A DNA stretch of 63,405 nt, filler included, from Sphacelaria rigidula (Eukaryota), in assembly GCA_964200075.2 (NCBI GenBank). It is 6 parts of 6 records of this genome, joined end to end, with 100 filler letters (N's around TTAATTAATTAA, not from the genome) between each part and the next. Parts side by side here need not be neighbours in the genome. Positions count along the whole stretch, not along the records: positions 42,340 to 52,822 come from CAXNAA020006417.1; positions 52,923 to 63,405 come from CAXNAA020006418.1; 4 more parts are not named here. One strand, written 5' to 3'. A program made the translations under genes and the position numbers. Below the pieces are notes generated by a model, which was not told the origin of the DNA, did no database searches, and saw only the letters and a list, made by a program, of their open reading frames with translations. Positions 51,901 through 63,261 of the stretch are shown here, in pieces; the first letter of the stretch is position 1; every line of letters starts with the position of its first letter.

Positions 51901-52785
51901 TCGAAACAATCGGAGAAAATCATTCCGAGATCGCGACTGCCCCCGACTTCGAGAAGTTGATGCATGTGCACTGACGTACAATGGTAGAGGACGAGGCTTT
52001 TGATATTTCTGCAACCGCAGCAGAAGACAGTCTCATGACAACGCAGTGTGTGCCTGCCCGCGCCAGCTGCTGCAGCAGCTTCGCACGGCGTTTGGCGAAT
52101 GGATAATAACTATTGACGCCTCACTCTGTGGCGATGGTAATATCTCATGCTGCACTGCGCTGCCACCTGTATCACTATACCGAACGGTGTTGTACTCTCC
52201 TGGTCTGTTGTCGCTGTATTTGCAGGGTGAAGTTTTGCACTGGACTACTAAACTCTTCTCGCGCACTGATCGCTCACTGTTCTCATAACACCGACTGTGC
52301 CATCATCATGTACTACTACCACATGGCATGATCATGCACTGTAATAATAGAGTGTCCTGCCCTGTATTACCCTAGGCTGATTGCTCATTGTTCTCGCAAT
52401 ACCGACTGTGCCATCATCATATACTACCACACGGCATTATCATGCACTGTAATAATGGAGTCTCCTGCACTGTATTACCCTAGGGTATCATAGTAGGACA
52501 CTGCACTCGAAAGACTATTCACCGTCTGCCTGCTCTTCGGCTTCATGCACGAGTACGCACTTCCCCTTTGGTGCAGAAAATGTCCGTCTATGTACAGAAC
52601 TATTTCACAAAATTGTGATACCGTCTGTGCCATGAAGCTGCCCTCCCGATTTTGAGTTCGCGAATTGAAGTCCCCGTCTAAAATAATCAAGATTTTTCCC
52701 CATAAAACATGGTATAATATACATCGTCTCATCGACGGGCAACAGTGAATTCCTTCATATTGTCGATGCTGTCATCTTCCTCCAT

Positions 52786-52822
52786 AGAACAGTGTTTTCG
52801 TGAGATTGAGAGTAGATGATAC
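52786..52822. mobile_element. End of a third MITE family A copy, truncated by the contig end
   Basis: AACAGTGTTTTCGTGAGATTGAGAGTAGA matches the family A TIR. Confidence 0.8.
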
Positions 52823-52922
52823 NNNNNNNNNNNNNNNNNNNNNNNNNNNNNNNNNNNNNNNNNNNNTTAATTAATTAANNNNNNNNNNNNNNNNNNNNNN
52901 NNNNNNNNNNNNNNNNNNNNNN
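52823..52922. other. Artificial contig-joining linker
   Basis: Same 100-bp N/TTAATTAATTAA spacer. Confidence 0.98.
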
Positions 52923-53350
52923 GGGGGGGGCGGGGGGAGGGCGGGGGGGAGGGGGGGGGGGCGGGAGGCGGGGGGGGAAGGGCGAAGAATGGACTATGAA
53001 CAAACGCTTTTTTTACCGCGAACAAAATCATCAATTCGAGGCTAAAAATGGATACGAAGTAATGTTAATTATTTTTTTATGCACCTGCTCTTCTTTTCAG
53101 GAGAGGATTCAAAGAACAAATTCGCAGTCAAAGTTTTGTTTTCATTTGTCCCACCCACAACAATCGCGTGGACATATTACTGTACGAAGCAAAACGGAGG
53201 GAAAGTAAAAAAAAAACACTAATATACATTAATAATGACACGCTGCGTGACACGTGGAAAATAACACTTGTTGTACAAGCATACGTACGAGAAGAGCATT
53301 CATCACCAACTCAGTTGTCCGCGGCATAATAACTAACAAGTACCTTGTGT

Positions 53351-54073
53351 CGGTCGCCCCGATGGCTCAGTTGGTAATCTTGGAACCTTCTGACGGTTGG
53401 ATCGTGAGTTCGAATCTCGGTGGAGTCACACCATGTGGGATTATTTCTCACACGGTCGCCCCGGTGGCTCAGTTAGTAACCTCGAAACCTTCTGACGGTT
53501 GGGTCGTGGATTCAAATCCCAAGGCGATCTGGGATTTTTTCTCACACCATGCCCAACAGTGGAGAGCGGCCATGTCGTGCGTACACAAAATTCGACTTCA
53601 CAGTCGACGGGAGAAACGGAATGCTGAACCCCTCTCGCGATCAAAAATGAAAGGCAGGCACCGCAGAAGGAAGGTGGAGTAGTAGAAAAAAAAAAACTCC
53701 TGTGTTGACCTTCCTCCTGTGTGACCCCGGCTGGTGCGCCCACATATACCGGCAGGTGTAGACCGGCGTCCAGAACAGATGGAACGACAACACACATACA
53801 CACAGTGTCGTGTGTGCAGTGCAGTGAGCGACAATGTCGTGCCTACACAAAATTCGACCTCACGGTCGACGAGGGAAAGGAAGTGCCGAAGCCTTTTCGC
53901 GATAAAACAAAAAGCAAGCACCGCAAAAAGAAGGTGGAGTAGTAAAAACTAAGACTAAAACAAAAAAAACTCCTGGGTTAGCTCTCCCCCTGTATGATCC
54001 TGGCTGATGCGCCCACCTATACCGAAAGTTATGGACTGACGTCCAGAATACTATACGGAATGACAACACACAC
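53351..54073 (+). mobile_element. Cluster of three tRNA-derived SINE pieces: head only (53351-~53430), full copy (53453-~53794), headless body (~53822-54073)
   Basis: A box TGGCTCAGTTRG and B box GAGTTCGAATC / GGATTCAAATC. Bodies match 34381-34720. Confidence 0.85.
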
Positions 54074-54597
54074 ATGATGACAAGATATAAAGAATACATC
54101 TTCGCAAAACTATGGAAGAGATCAACGGACAGCGGGTACATTCCACTTCACCCAGGGTCGTGGGTGTTTGGGCAATAACTGCTTACTTGGTGGGATGTCA
54201 CGGGACGTGTGACTGAGTCCCGTGGGTAGGAACTGGAGTGGTCACACGGGACTCTCACGACTGGATTGTGTAGTGCATCAATCGAGATAGGGCAGAGGGC
54301 CTTCCCACCTGCCTAGGATAAGTACCATCGTCACGCGGACAGGGATGGATAGCGACAAAGCTCAAGACGGACAGCCCGCACGTTGAAGAGTGGAATTTCT
54401 GATTGTGGGTGCAAATTACAAGGATATGGTGAGGCATGTTATCCTTATAAGTCATTTCAGTACGCATCACGATCGCCGCGCCTCGTCTGTCAAGCTGGTG
54501 CATCAGGAAACAATCCAGGATGGAAGTTCAAGAGTTCGTTAGGTCTGTCGGACATGGAGAGGTGGCAACCATGATAATCATCAATGTTAATGCATAC

Positions 54598-54960
54598 CTC
54601 CGGGTGCGGATCCTGCGATGGCGACGCTGACGCCTTGGTACACTCCCGCGAAGCCCCCCGCGCTCATGAAGCCCTTAGGAGACTGCAATCTTGTCTTCAT
54701 GGTGTCAAGGGGATACAACGACACGTCCACGGCTGTGCCGGCCATACCCCCCGCCTATGCTCAGGTTCAAATAAGGAATAGAAGGGCAAACAGGGAAAAA
54801 AATAAAAGCGAGGACGAGTGCCCCCCCGCGGGAAGGAGCAGGGTGGGTCGGGAGCATCGGGAACAATGTTAGAATGGACTTGTTTCTCTGCCATCTTCAG
54901 GATAGCAACATTGACCAGCAAGCTTTGAACAGGCTTGGCGTCTTTGATGCAGCTCCGGGT
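54598..54960 (-). CDS. SAMC: Mitochondrial carrier, S-adenosylmethionine transporter-like (SLC25A26/PET8/SAMC), two exons of a partial gene
   Basis: Exons 54960-54916 ([15 protein letters not shown]) and 54754-54598 ([52 protein letters not shown]) join in phase 0. Contains the carrier signature Px[DE]xx[KR]x[KR]. Not present in the ORF track. Confidence 0.88.
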
Positions 54961-55485
54961 CTTGAAAGAGTTGAGGCAAACACCATTGAGGTAACTTTCA
55001 TTTTTCAACCATTGCATGCGCTTTTTTTTGTCTTCAGACCCGCGGTCACAAAACACAAGGTTCAAGATTCCCATGCAACCACGCACATTTTTTTTTAATT
55101 ATTTCATTCATTTATCTGGTGGGAGGTACGTACGTCACCACAGCGGCAGGCAGCGGGTGGTATGTATGTCACTGTCAACATGAAAACGGGTATAAACACG
55201 GTATGGCAACAAGAAGGAATCTCGAGGATAGCGTGATATTGTGTGTACAGTAGATATGTACGGACACACATGGCATGATCCGTAAACAGAGACAACCAAG
55301 AAGAGGAGAAAATATTGAATAAAAGCAGCCATATACAACGCACATGGAATCTCGGTGCTCGTCTCGTCCTCCTCACTTCCCCCCCTGCTGCCTAAGCGAG
55401 AGCTCGCGGCGTTGAGAGATTGCGGAAGGACGGGCGAACTTCGTTCGGCTCGTCGTGCGTTTCGAGCACATGAACATTTGAACCT

Positions 55486-57381
55486 CGTGACAGTTATGGG
55501 TAGGAATGTGGGCCCTAACGACCAAAAATCGGCACAAGATTTGAAATAAAAGATAACGCGGAGGAATGATGAATACGTCAGTAGGTGGTCGGACCAGTGC
55601 CGAGACCCTCACGAACAGGACACATGCTTCATCACTTACTCACTTGGTGTAGTGTAGGAAACCTGTAGCACTGGAGATCGCTCGGTTTTCGACACAGGAA
55701 GCACACCGGTCCACGGTACTTGACAGCCCCCCGCATACATACAAGATCTAGAGGATCTAGTTTGATATTTTGCTGGCGTCGCGTCAGCGGCCCGAAAATC
55801 CCCCCTCAGAGCGGAAAACACATTATTTTAGTACATTTGGGTTATTTGCGAGTCAGCATCGCGCTCAAACGCGAAAAACAAACTATGCGACGTAGCTTGG
55901 GTGTGTGGGACGCGCACGCAAGAAACCGCAGTCCAATCTCCCGCTTCGGTGTCGAGTTGTAAGCGTTGCGCGATCGACACTTTTGGGTTGAGCATCAGTA
56001 GCGTCTGGCGAGGTCGAAGATGGCAAATTAAAAAAACTCGGTGCGCATATTTCTTTTCCTGCCGCAAGAAAGTTGTGACAATATGCAGTTTGGTTGCGTC
56101 CCTCATGCGCTGCTTTGTTCCCTGCGGCTGTGCACAAAGGGCAAATTCGCCTTTCAACGGCGAGTATCCTTTGGAGTGTCGAATTACAGAAAAAAGACGA
56201 AGCCTGCGGCTGCTTCATGTCGGCTCCAGTGCAGAAGCCAAGGCGTCGAGAGCGATTTTAGTACGAGTATGTGCATTACATCTGCTGGCTACCGCGGTCA
56301 TGTATTTAGTAATTGTCTGTATATACTATTAGTAGTATCAGAATGAGATGCAAACTATGCGATGTTCGACAAGCTTCGTTTTGAGCTGCGTGCTTTTTTC
56401 TTGCGGCGAGCAAGCAGTGTGTGACGGATGGCATTTGACTTTGTGGCATGCCACCACGTGCTGCTTCGTTCTGTACGGCTGAGCACAAAGGGCGAATTCG
56501 TCGTTCAACAGCGCGTGCCCTTCATGTATTGAGTTACAGAGAGCGAGGTCACACATGAACTTCGGCTGTTGTGTCTGAGGGTTTCAGCGGAGAAGCCAGG
56601 GCGCAAAGAGTGGTTTTAATTTCAGACTGCGCACCATGTATGCCTAGGTCAGCACAGCCGCAATGTTTCAACTGACTGCCTATACATACTGAAAATGGGG
56701 GGAAAGTTGACGCTGAAGATGTTGATCTGGACAGAGAGAACCAGACCGTGCCCAAGCGACTGACAAGACGGGATTCCTTCCACTCATGCCATGACCCTGA
56801 TCCCATGGGGCCCATGAGAAATTAACTCTCCAATCCCGCAGTCATAGCTGTGCGTAGCACATGCAGCGCGTAGCCAACCCGCATAGCGTGAACCTCTTGA
56901 TCGTCAACATCATCAGCATCGTTCTTCAGTAGTTTTCGGCTCCGCGACGCTGCTGCTCATGATCTCCAAAACTCCGTACTTTCTCGTTCTAGCACAATGT
57001 CAGGCACGCCTCTCATTGCAGTTACGTTGGTGTCTAGCGGCCACAACAGCTGCTGTTCGTGCTCTTGTCTTGTTATATTCGCAATGACGGTAAACGTGGG
57101 GTGGCAGCTCGGGGGCGTGTGCTTTCCGGCTGGTACAGACAGAAGCAGGACACTAGCTAATGCAACAAGATTGTCCATCTACTGATGTGGAGCAAGCTTT
57201 CCGGAGGAACAAAATCACCTCAACACCGACCACTCCCAGGCTTGAAAAAATGTACTAGAAATATAGCTCATTTCTTATGAGCCAAATCATCATTCGTGGG
57301 TGACGCATGTAGCGTTCAGCTTGCACTTTCCAGGGATATAGTACCCAAAATCGGCCCCCATTCCTACCCATAACAGTCCCG
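55486..57381. mobile_element. Candidate ~1.9-kb non-autonomous TIR DNA element
   Basis: GACAGTTATGGGTAGGAATGTGGGCC (55489-55514) and GGCCCCCATTCCTACCCATAACAGTC (57353-57378) are 24/26 inverted matches. Internal direct duplication ~56030-56265 and ~56380-56620. No TSD found. Confidence 0.4.
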
Positions 57382-57441
57382 TCGTTGTGCAACCATTTGT
57401 GTCAAAAAACGGAAAATGTGCGAAATCAATCGAAATCACCC

Positions 57442-57739
57442 AATGGACCCGTACGTAGGAGTCCATTATTTCCTGGGACCCGAAGTTTTATTGACGGTGC
57501 CGCTACGCGGCGCCTGACCTCAACTCCCCGAAGGCACACTTTCCTTCGGCATTGCTACCCTGTCTCTAGCGTGAACCCCATTGAGCCCGAAGATACGCGT
57601 ATATGTTTTGCGTTTCGCTAGGGTTAGGGTTAGGGATTGGTTAGGTCGGACGGTGGATCAACAGTAACACAAGGGATCCCTTGGAGACAAGTAATAACAC
57701 TTCGGGTCGCAGACTTTCGGGGACCGGTACAGGGCCATT
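57442..57739. mobile_element. MITE-like element with internal (TTAGGG)n
   Basis: Imperfect TIRs AATGGACCCGTAC...CTGGGACCCGAAGT and ACTTCGGGTCGCAG...GTACAGGGCCATT. TAGGGTTAGGGTTAGGG at ~57619-57635. Confidence 0.55.
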
Positions 57740-58406
57740 CCGAGGTTTTGGAATTCGATTCAACGCCCCATCGGCCCATTAGGGGCCATTTATGCCTTAT
57801 GCTAAACTCGTTCTCTACAACTGGCGGGACTGTCAAGGAAACGGATTCGTGGAACAGGGGGCCAGGGACGCTCGAAGTCGGTTGACCGTCTGACTGCGAA
57901 GCAGCCCGTTTGAGTCCGTGTATGGCAATGTACCAGTTTCTGTATTATTTTGATCTTTGTACTAGTACAGTATACGGTTGCGCTGTACTTCCAAATACAA
58001 TACTTCACTGCAGTGTAATGTGCAGGCTGGTTCCATCAATACGAACGAGCTACGACCCTTTTGATCCTTCACAACGTTTCACAACCTGGATGATGACGAT
58101 ATATCATATTGGCAAAAAGTGTACTGCGTACAGTTGTATAGAATATTTTGTTTATTGTAAATAGACAGTAGATTGGATACTGTACGCAACGCAGTACACT
58201 CTTTGGCAATGCTGTCTTTCGTCCACTCGTTGGGCGTGCCATATTTTCTCGAGTCGACATTCGAATGTCGACTCTTTTTCACCACTTCCATACACAACTT
58301 CTTATGGAGGGGACTAATGCGTACGGTAGAAAATCATCGCCGCTCTTCATTCGCGCGCCTGTACTTTTTGTTTCAAGCAAATCAGGTTTTCGTACAGGCT
58401 GGTCAG

Positions 58407-58885
58407 CCTAACGCCAACTCTAATGGGAGCCGCTCAAAGTTCCTGTCGAAAACTGCCTTTTGGGCGCTTCTCCGTCGATTTACGCTCGAAAAGAGGGCCA
58501 GGCGGGTGTTGACGTCTTGGAATGACTTGCTCTACTCGTTGATACCGTTCTAGGGCAACTCTGCATTTCCCGCTGACCGCACTTTTGTTTTTGACCAAAT
58601 CAGCCTGAACACGAATTTTCAGTAAAGAACGATCAGGTGATCAAAAATTTCCCCAGTATTTTGATCGCTTGACCGTTTTCATTGAAAATCAGCGTTTGGC
58701 CAGAAATAAAAGTGCGGCCGGCGGGAAATGCAAAGTTGCCCTGGAACGATCTCAATGAGTAGAGCAAGTCACTCCAAGGCATCAATATCCGCCTAGCCCT
58801 CTTTTCAGGCGAAAAACGATCGAGAAGGGCCAAAAAAGCAGTTTTGAACAGGAACTTTGAAAGGCTGCCATGAGAGTCGGTCTAA
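58407..58885. repeat. ~480-bp imperfect palindrome (foldback element)
   Basis: Arms ~58407-58645 and ~58659-58885 are reverse complements (TCAAAGTTCCTGT / ACAGGAACTTTGA; GACTTGCTCTACTC / GAGTAGAGCAAGTC; AGGGCAACT / AGTTGCCCT). Confidence 0.88.
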
Positions 58886-58944
58886 GAAGCCCACTTTACT
58901 TCAGCTCCTTTCAACTGACGCTGTATCGCGAGTTGTGCCTACTA

Positions 58945-61900
58945 TAGGGTTGCTCATCAACTAAATAATCACGGGTGATTATGATTAAAAAGTTGATTTG
59001 ATTGTGTATCAACATCGCATCAACTTTCTCATGATTAGTTGATTGTCATCAAGTAATCAACAACAATCAAATAATATAAAATAACTTGATTTATTGTTGA
59101 TTTGTTGACTTTTGGGGGGAAAAGAGGAGGCGTTTGCGTCGTGTAACGCCGTGTAACGCCATTTTTTGCCTGCGGCGCAACCACTTGACGGGGAAATATG
59201 ATCCTGACGGCCGACGTCAGCACACAGCAGAGTGTGCGCCGCACAGCACAACATTCCAGCAGGCCGCTGAAAGTCATACACAACTGCATGAGTGGCGCGG
59301 CTAGCACAAGCGCAGGGGTCGCATCCGCCTCCGACGATGCGGGAAGTCCTCCCAACAGCAGTGAAATCCACGCTGAAGGTGATGGACATACAGCCGACGA
59401 TACCGTAATGCTGCAAAGCTCTGACGAAGGCTCTGATGACGGCTCTGACTCTGACTACGGTAAGGGCTTGCGCCCGGGCGGCGGCGATGGTGTCGACTCC
59501 GACAACGACGACAGCGGCGAATTTTCGGAGAGCGAAGAAGTGTCTCCACGGAGACTTGAACATGAAGAACAGTCAGCCAAGGCGCAGGCTAACTCTTCTC
59601 AAGAGTTTATGCACACCAGGTGGAAGTCGCCTGTTAAAAACAAATCCCCAGTCTGGAAATGCTTTTTGCAAGGCGCGGACAAAGCACACAAGGACAACGC
59701 TCTGTGCAAGGTTCCTGGCTGTAATCAGAAAATTAGCGCCAAGGCGACCTCCAACTGAAGACAGCATATGAACGCCAAACACATGAAACACCCCCCGTGG
59801 GCCGACTTTCTCAAGCAGAAAGCACTTCAGAAAGCGGGGGAAATTCCTAATGATGAGAGGAGAAAGTCAAAACTACTTCGTGGCTGATGAGGAGGCGAGG
59901 CACACCCGGCTCGTCCTTGGGTTCATTATCGGCGGACACAAGCCGCTCACTGTCGTCGAAGAGCCGGAGTTCCAGAAAATGCCCCGTGGCTTTACGAAAA
60001 CGCCGATCCTCATTGTTCCGTCTCGAGCGAGCGTTGGAGACAATCTGACCGAAAAGGCGATCGTCGCCCGGAGGGGGCTAATGGAGATGATAAAGGGTCA
60101 ACAACTGAGCATGACCTGCGATGGTTGGACTTCGGGCAACGAGATTCCGATGTTGGCCGTCACAGCGCACTGGATTGATGATGCTTGGAAAATGAAGTCG
60201 GCCTGCCTCGGTGCGTTTGAGGTCGCCGGATCTCACACTGGTGTCAGGTAAGAATCGCATTGGAGTTACAGTACAAGTAACTCTTGTTTCATATTCCTGA
60301 CTCATCATCTCAAATACCCAAACAAAATGTGCGATGAAGCCGCAGCTTACAGCAACATAAGCTTTCGCGCGTGTCCTAACAACATGTCGCTGTCGATTGC
60401 TCTTCCGATTACGCAAGGCTCGCTGACGCTTTGAAAGGCGTCATGGCTCAGTACAACATTCGTCAGAAAGACATTACGGTGGTGACGTCAGACACCGCGG
60501 CAAACCAGAAGAATGCGATCGTGGTTCAAACGAAAATGGCGTGGTTACCCTGCATCTGCCATGTGATGGAGTTGGTCATGGGCGTTCTCATGAGGCGCTT
60601 GAGCAAGGTGCGATTGAAGTAGTGTGTCCAGACCAAAACAAAAGGCGTTGAGTCACAGAGCAAGAAGTATCACTTCCTGGTTACCCTGTCGACATCCAGA
60701 TGCAGCTTGAAATTGGCCTATCGGGTGGACCTGGATGACCTGCAGCAGACAAACGCATCATTCGTCATTCGCATCACGAAGGCGACCAATTGTTCTCCAC
60801 TTGTTTGTCGCTCGACCAAAAATTCTGAATTCTTGCAGACTCTCGCCAAGGTTCATCGGATAATTACCTACGTTCACCGTTCGCACGCGGCTAAGACCAA
60901 GCTGCACGAAGCGCAGAAGGTCCATCAGCTGTACCAGACCACCCTTCCCACCCACGTGGCTACGAGGTGGTGGTCCACGACAACATTAGTTGTAGCATTC
61001 CTCCACAACAGACGGGCGATTGTTCTGCTGTGCGAGTGGGCGACCACGTTTCAGTCAAAGGAGAACATAGCTCTCTTGGAGGACGAAGAGTGGCAGGTAC
61101 TGTAGGATGTTCAAAATTGTAACCTGAGTCGGAAATGCTCTCAAGAGTTACAATATTCTGGCGCGCATGGTTTGAAGGGTCGCCGACAATTGTGTTTCCA
61201 AAGCTTCAAAACTGGTTTCAAAAGCTCCTCGCGCTTCTTACCTGTTACAGGTTCTTGCAGACGTCGAACCCACCTGCGTGAAGTGGGCACAGCTGCAGAA
61301 GCAACTGGAGGCGGAAACAAAGGTCGTCATAAGCACCCTCGACTTAATCGTCGACGACGCTTTCAACACGGTCTTCACCGCAAGCACCAACATGAACTTA
61401 ACCGAGCAGGTACGATCAGTTTCATTCCTTTCTGATGTATCGACGCCATGCTGCCCATGAGTACTGCTGTAGCCATAAAGCACCACAAATCGTGGGGCGA
61501 AATAGTGTCGATTAGGTGCCGCTGCAAGTACTACTACAACAGTTAACTGTTCATAGTGTCACCGTTAATCACTCGTGCTATTTTTACCTTCCAGGCCAGG
61601 GAATGCGCCGAAGCCATGGAGGCTGATACGTACAAGCGGTTTCACCCCGAAGACGAGATCCGGAACATCGGGGGCAAGCTGCATAACGGCAACCCCCTAC
61701 GGATCGCCCGCACGGCTTGCGTTCTTGACCCACGTACGAAGAGCTGCATGTGGGCCGACCTGAGCGACATGGAACCGTGAGTACAACGGCCAGAGGTCTA
61801 CGCGATACAAAATAATCCCTGATTGTGCAATCAATACTCCTTGTATAGTGTATGCCCTCGAATATTGGGTGTATTTGAAGCAAAATGTGAGAACACGTAT

Positions 61901-63261
61901 CGTTCAGCTGCGTCAGCGGTTATTTAAACGTTTTCGTAGTGGTTTTTGCAGATGATGACTGATCGAGTGCTCCCTATCTTCTGCTTCCCAAACCAGTCTT
62001 TTTTTGGGCGAGGTAGAGAACCAGCTGGAAAGTGTCATCAGCGCGGAGGAAGCGAAACAAAACAAGCCACCTCCACCACCACAAGTCGTGGTGGTGGCCA
62101 TCCCGAGCGCGAAAAAGAAGAAAGAAAAACATGGCGGGTTGTCGATCACGAGCCTCATGGAGCAGGCAGCCGCGAGGAAGCAGGCTCAAAGAGACATGGA
62201 CATGACGGATGCCGATGTGGATGGAGCTGTTCCTAGCCCAACCAGGAAGAGGACGAAAAGACAGTCGTTTCGAAGAGGATGCAGATCATGACTGAATGGG
62301 GCCTCTACAAGGATGAAGAGGTTTCGGCGGATGATGTGGCCGAAGCAGGCGGTGAGGTCGCTGAGGTGGTGGGCGAAAGCCCAGCGGGTGTGTCCCCATA
62401 TTGCTACCCTGGCTCGCAAGTACCTCGCGGTTCAAGCTTCATCTGCTGCATCCGAGCGTGTCTTCTCCGTAGGCGGACTCGTGGTCAAGAAGACCCAAAA
62501 CCGCCTTAGTGGGGACCGGGTGGAAGATATCGTCTTCCTCCACGAAAGCATGAAACATGATCTCTGGTAGAAATCAAACCGCTACCCTGGTGGAGATTGC
62601 TGCTGGGCTCTGGAACATGAACTTTTCTGTTCACGACGCACTGATTATAGGGGATCGGATTTGAAAGAAATATTCCACTCATTGCACATTACTAGCACAT
62701 CATCACTTGCAGCAGCACACTGGACTTACATATTGGAATACGAGTGGTTTTCATATATGCATAGATGTCTAGTGGGCACGTACGTATGTGGTGGTAGGTG
62801 TACTCCTGCGCACGTACGGACCCACGATTTGACACTTCGGCATTTACTTTGAGGTGGAAAAGTGGTACACCACACAGGCACGACAACCCGATACATGTAG
62901 CCTTCTTGATGTTGCAAACATGTTGCTTCAGGCAAACAGCACACGAAGTACAACACAACGACCGGAGACAGACAAAGCGCGTGGTGCTCATGCAGCTGGG
63001 ATATTGAACCGAAGACTGCTGCTCTGAGCGTGCGCATGCGTGGGTGTGCGCGGTGAATGCCATCTACCGAAGGATCAGCTCCTGTGGCTTGTCCGCTGTT
63101 CAAAAGCTTGAAAAATACTCAACAATCAATGACTAGTTGATTCAGTTCCCGTGGAGTTGATTGTTTGATTATAATCAAACAATCATGATTATATCAACAC
63201 GAGTTGGACGAAATAATCAAGAATCAAATCAACCCCAAAAAAAAGTTGATGAGCAACCCTA
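58945..63261 (+). mobile_element. Complete hAT-superfamily DNA transposon, 4317 bp
   Basis: Perfect 18-bp TIRs TAGGGTTGCTCATCAACT (58945-58962) and AGTTGATGAGCAACCCTA (63244-63261). Perfect 8-bp TSD GCCTACTA (58937-58944, 63262-63269). Internal hAT transposase. Confidence 0.96.
59198..62570 (+). pseudogene. Five-intron hAT transposase (BED zinc finger, DDE, C-terminal dimerisation domain), disrupted
   Basis: Exons ~59198/59288-60247, 60418-60607, 60839-61096, 61251-61409, 61595-61776 and 61997-62570, all phases consistent. Motifs SPVWKCF...CKVPGC...H...H, TCDGWTS, TSDTAAN, CICH, TRWWST, LDPR, SSAASERVFS. TGA at 59756, frameshift near 59850 and lesion(s) at ~62235-62357. Confidence 0.92.

Noticed and set aside
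53453-53530. Functional tRNA gene
   Set aside because: Irregular D-arm spacing, divergence among copies and linkage to a conserved downstream body indicate a SINE head.
57619-57635. True telomere
   Set aside because: Only three units, internal to the contig and enclosed by inverted repeats.
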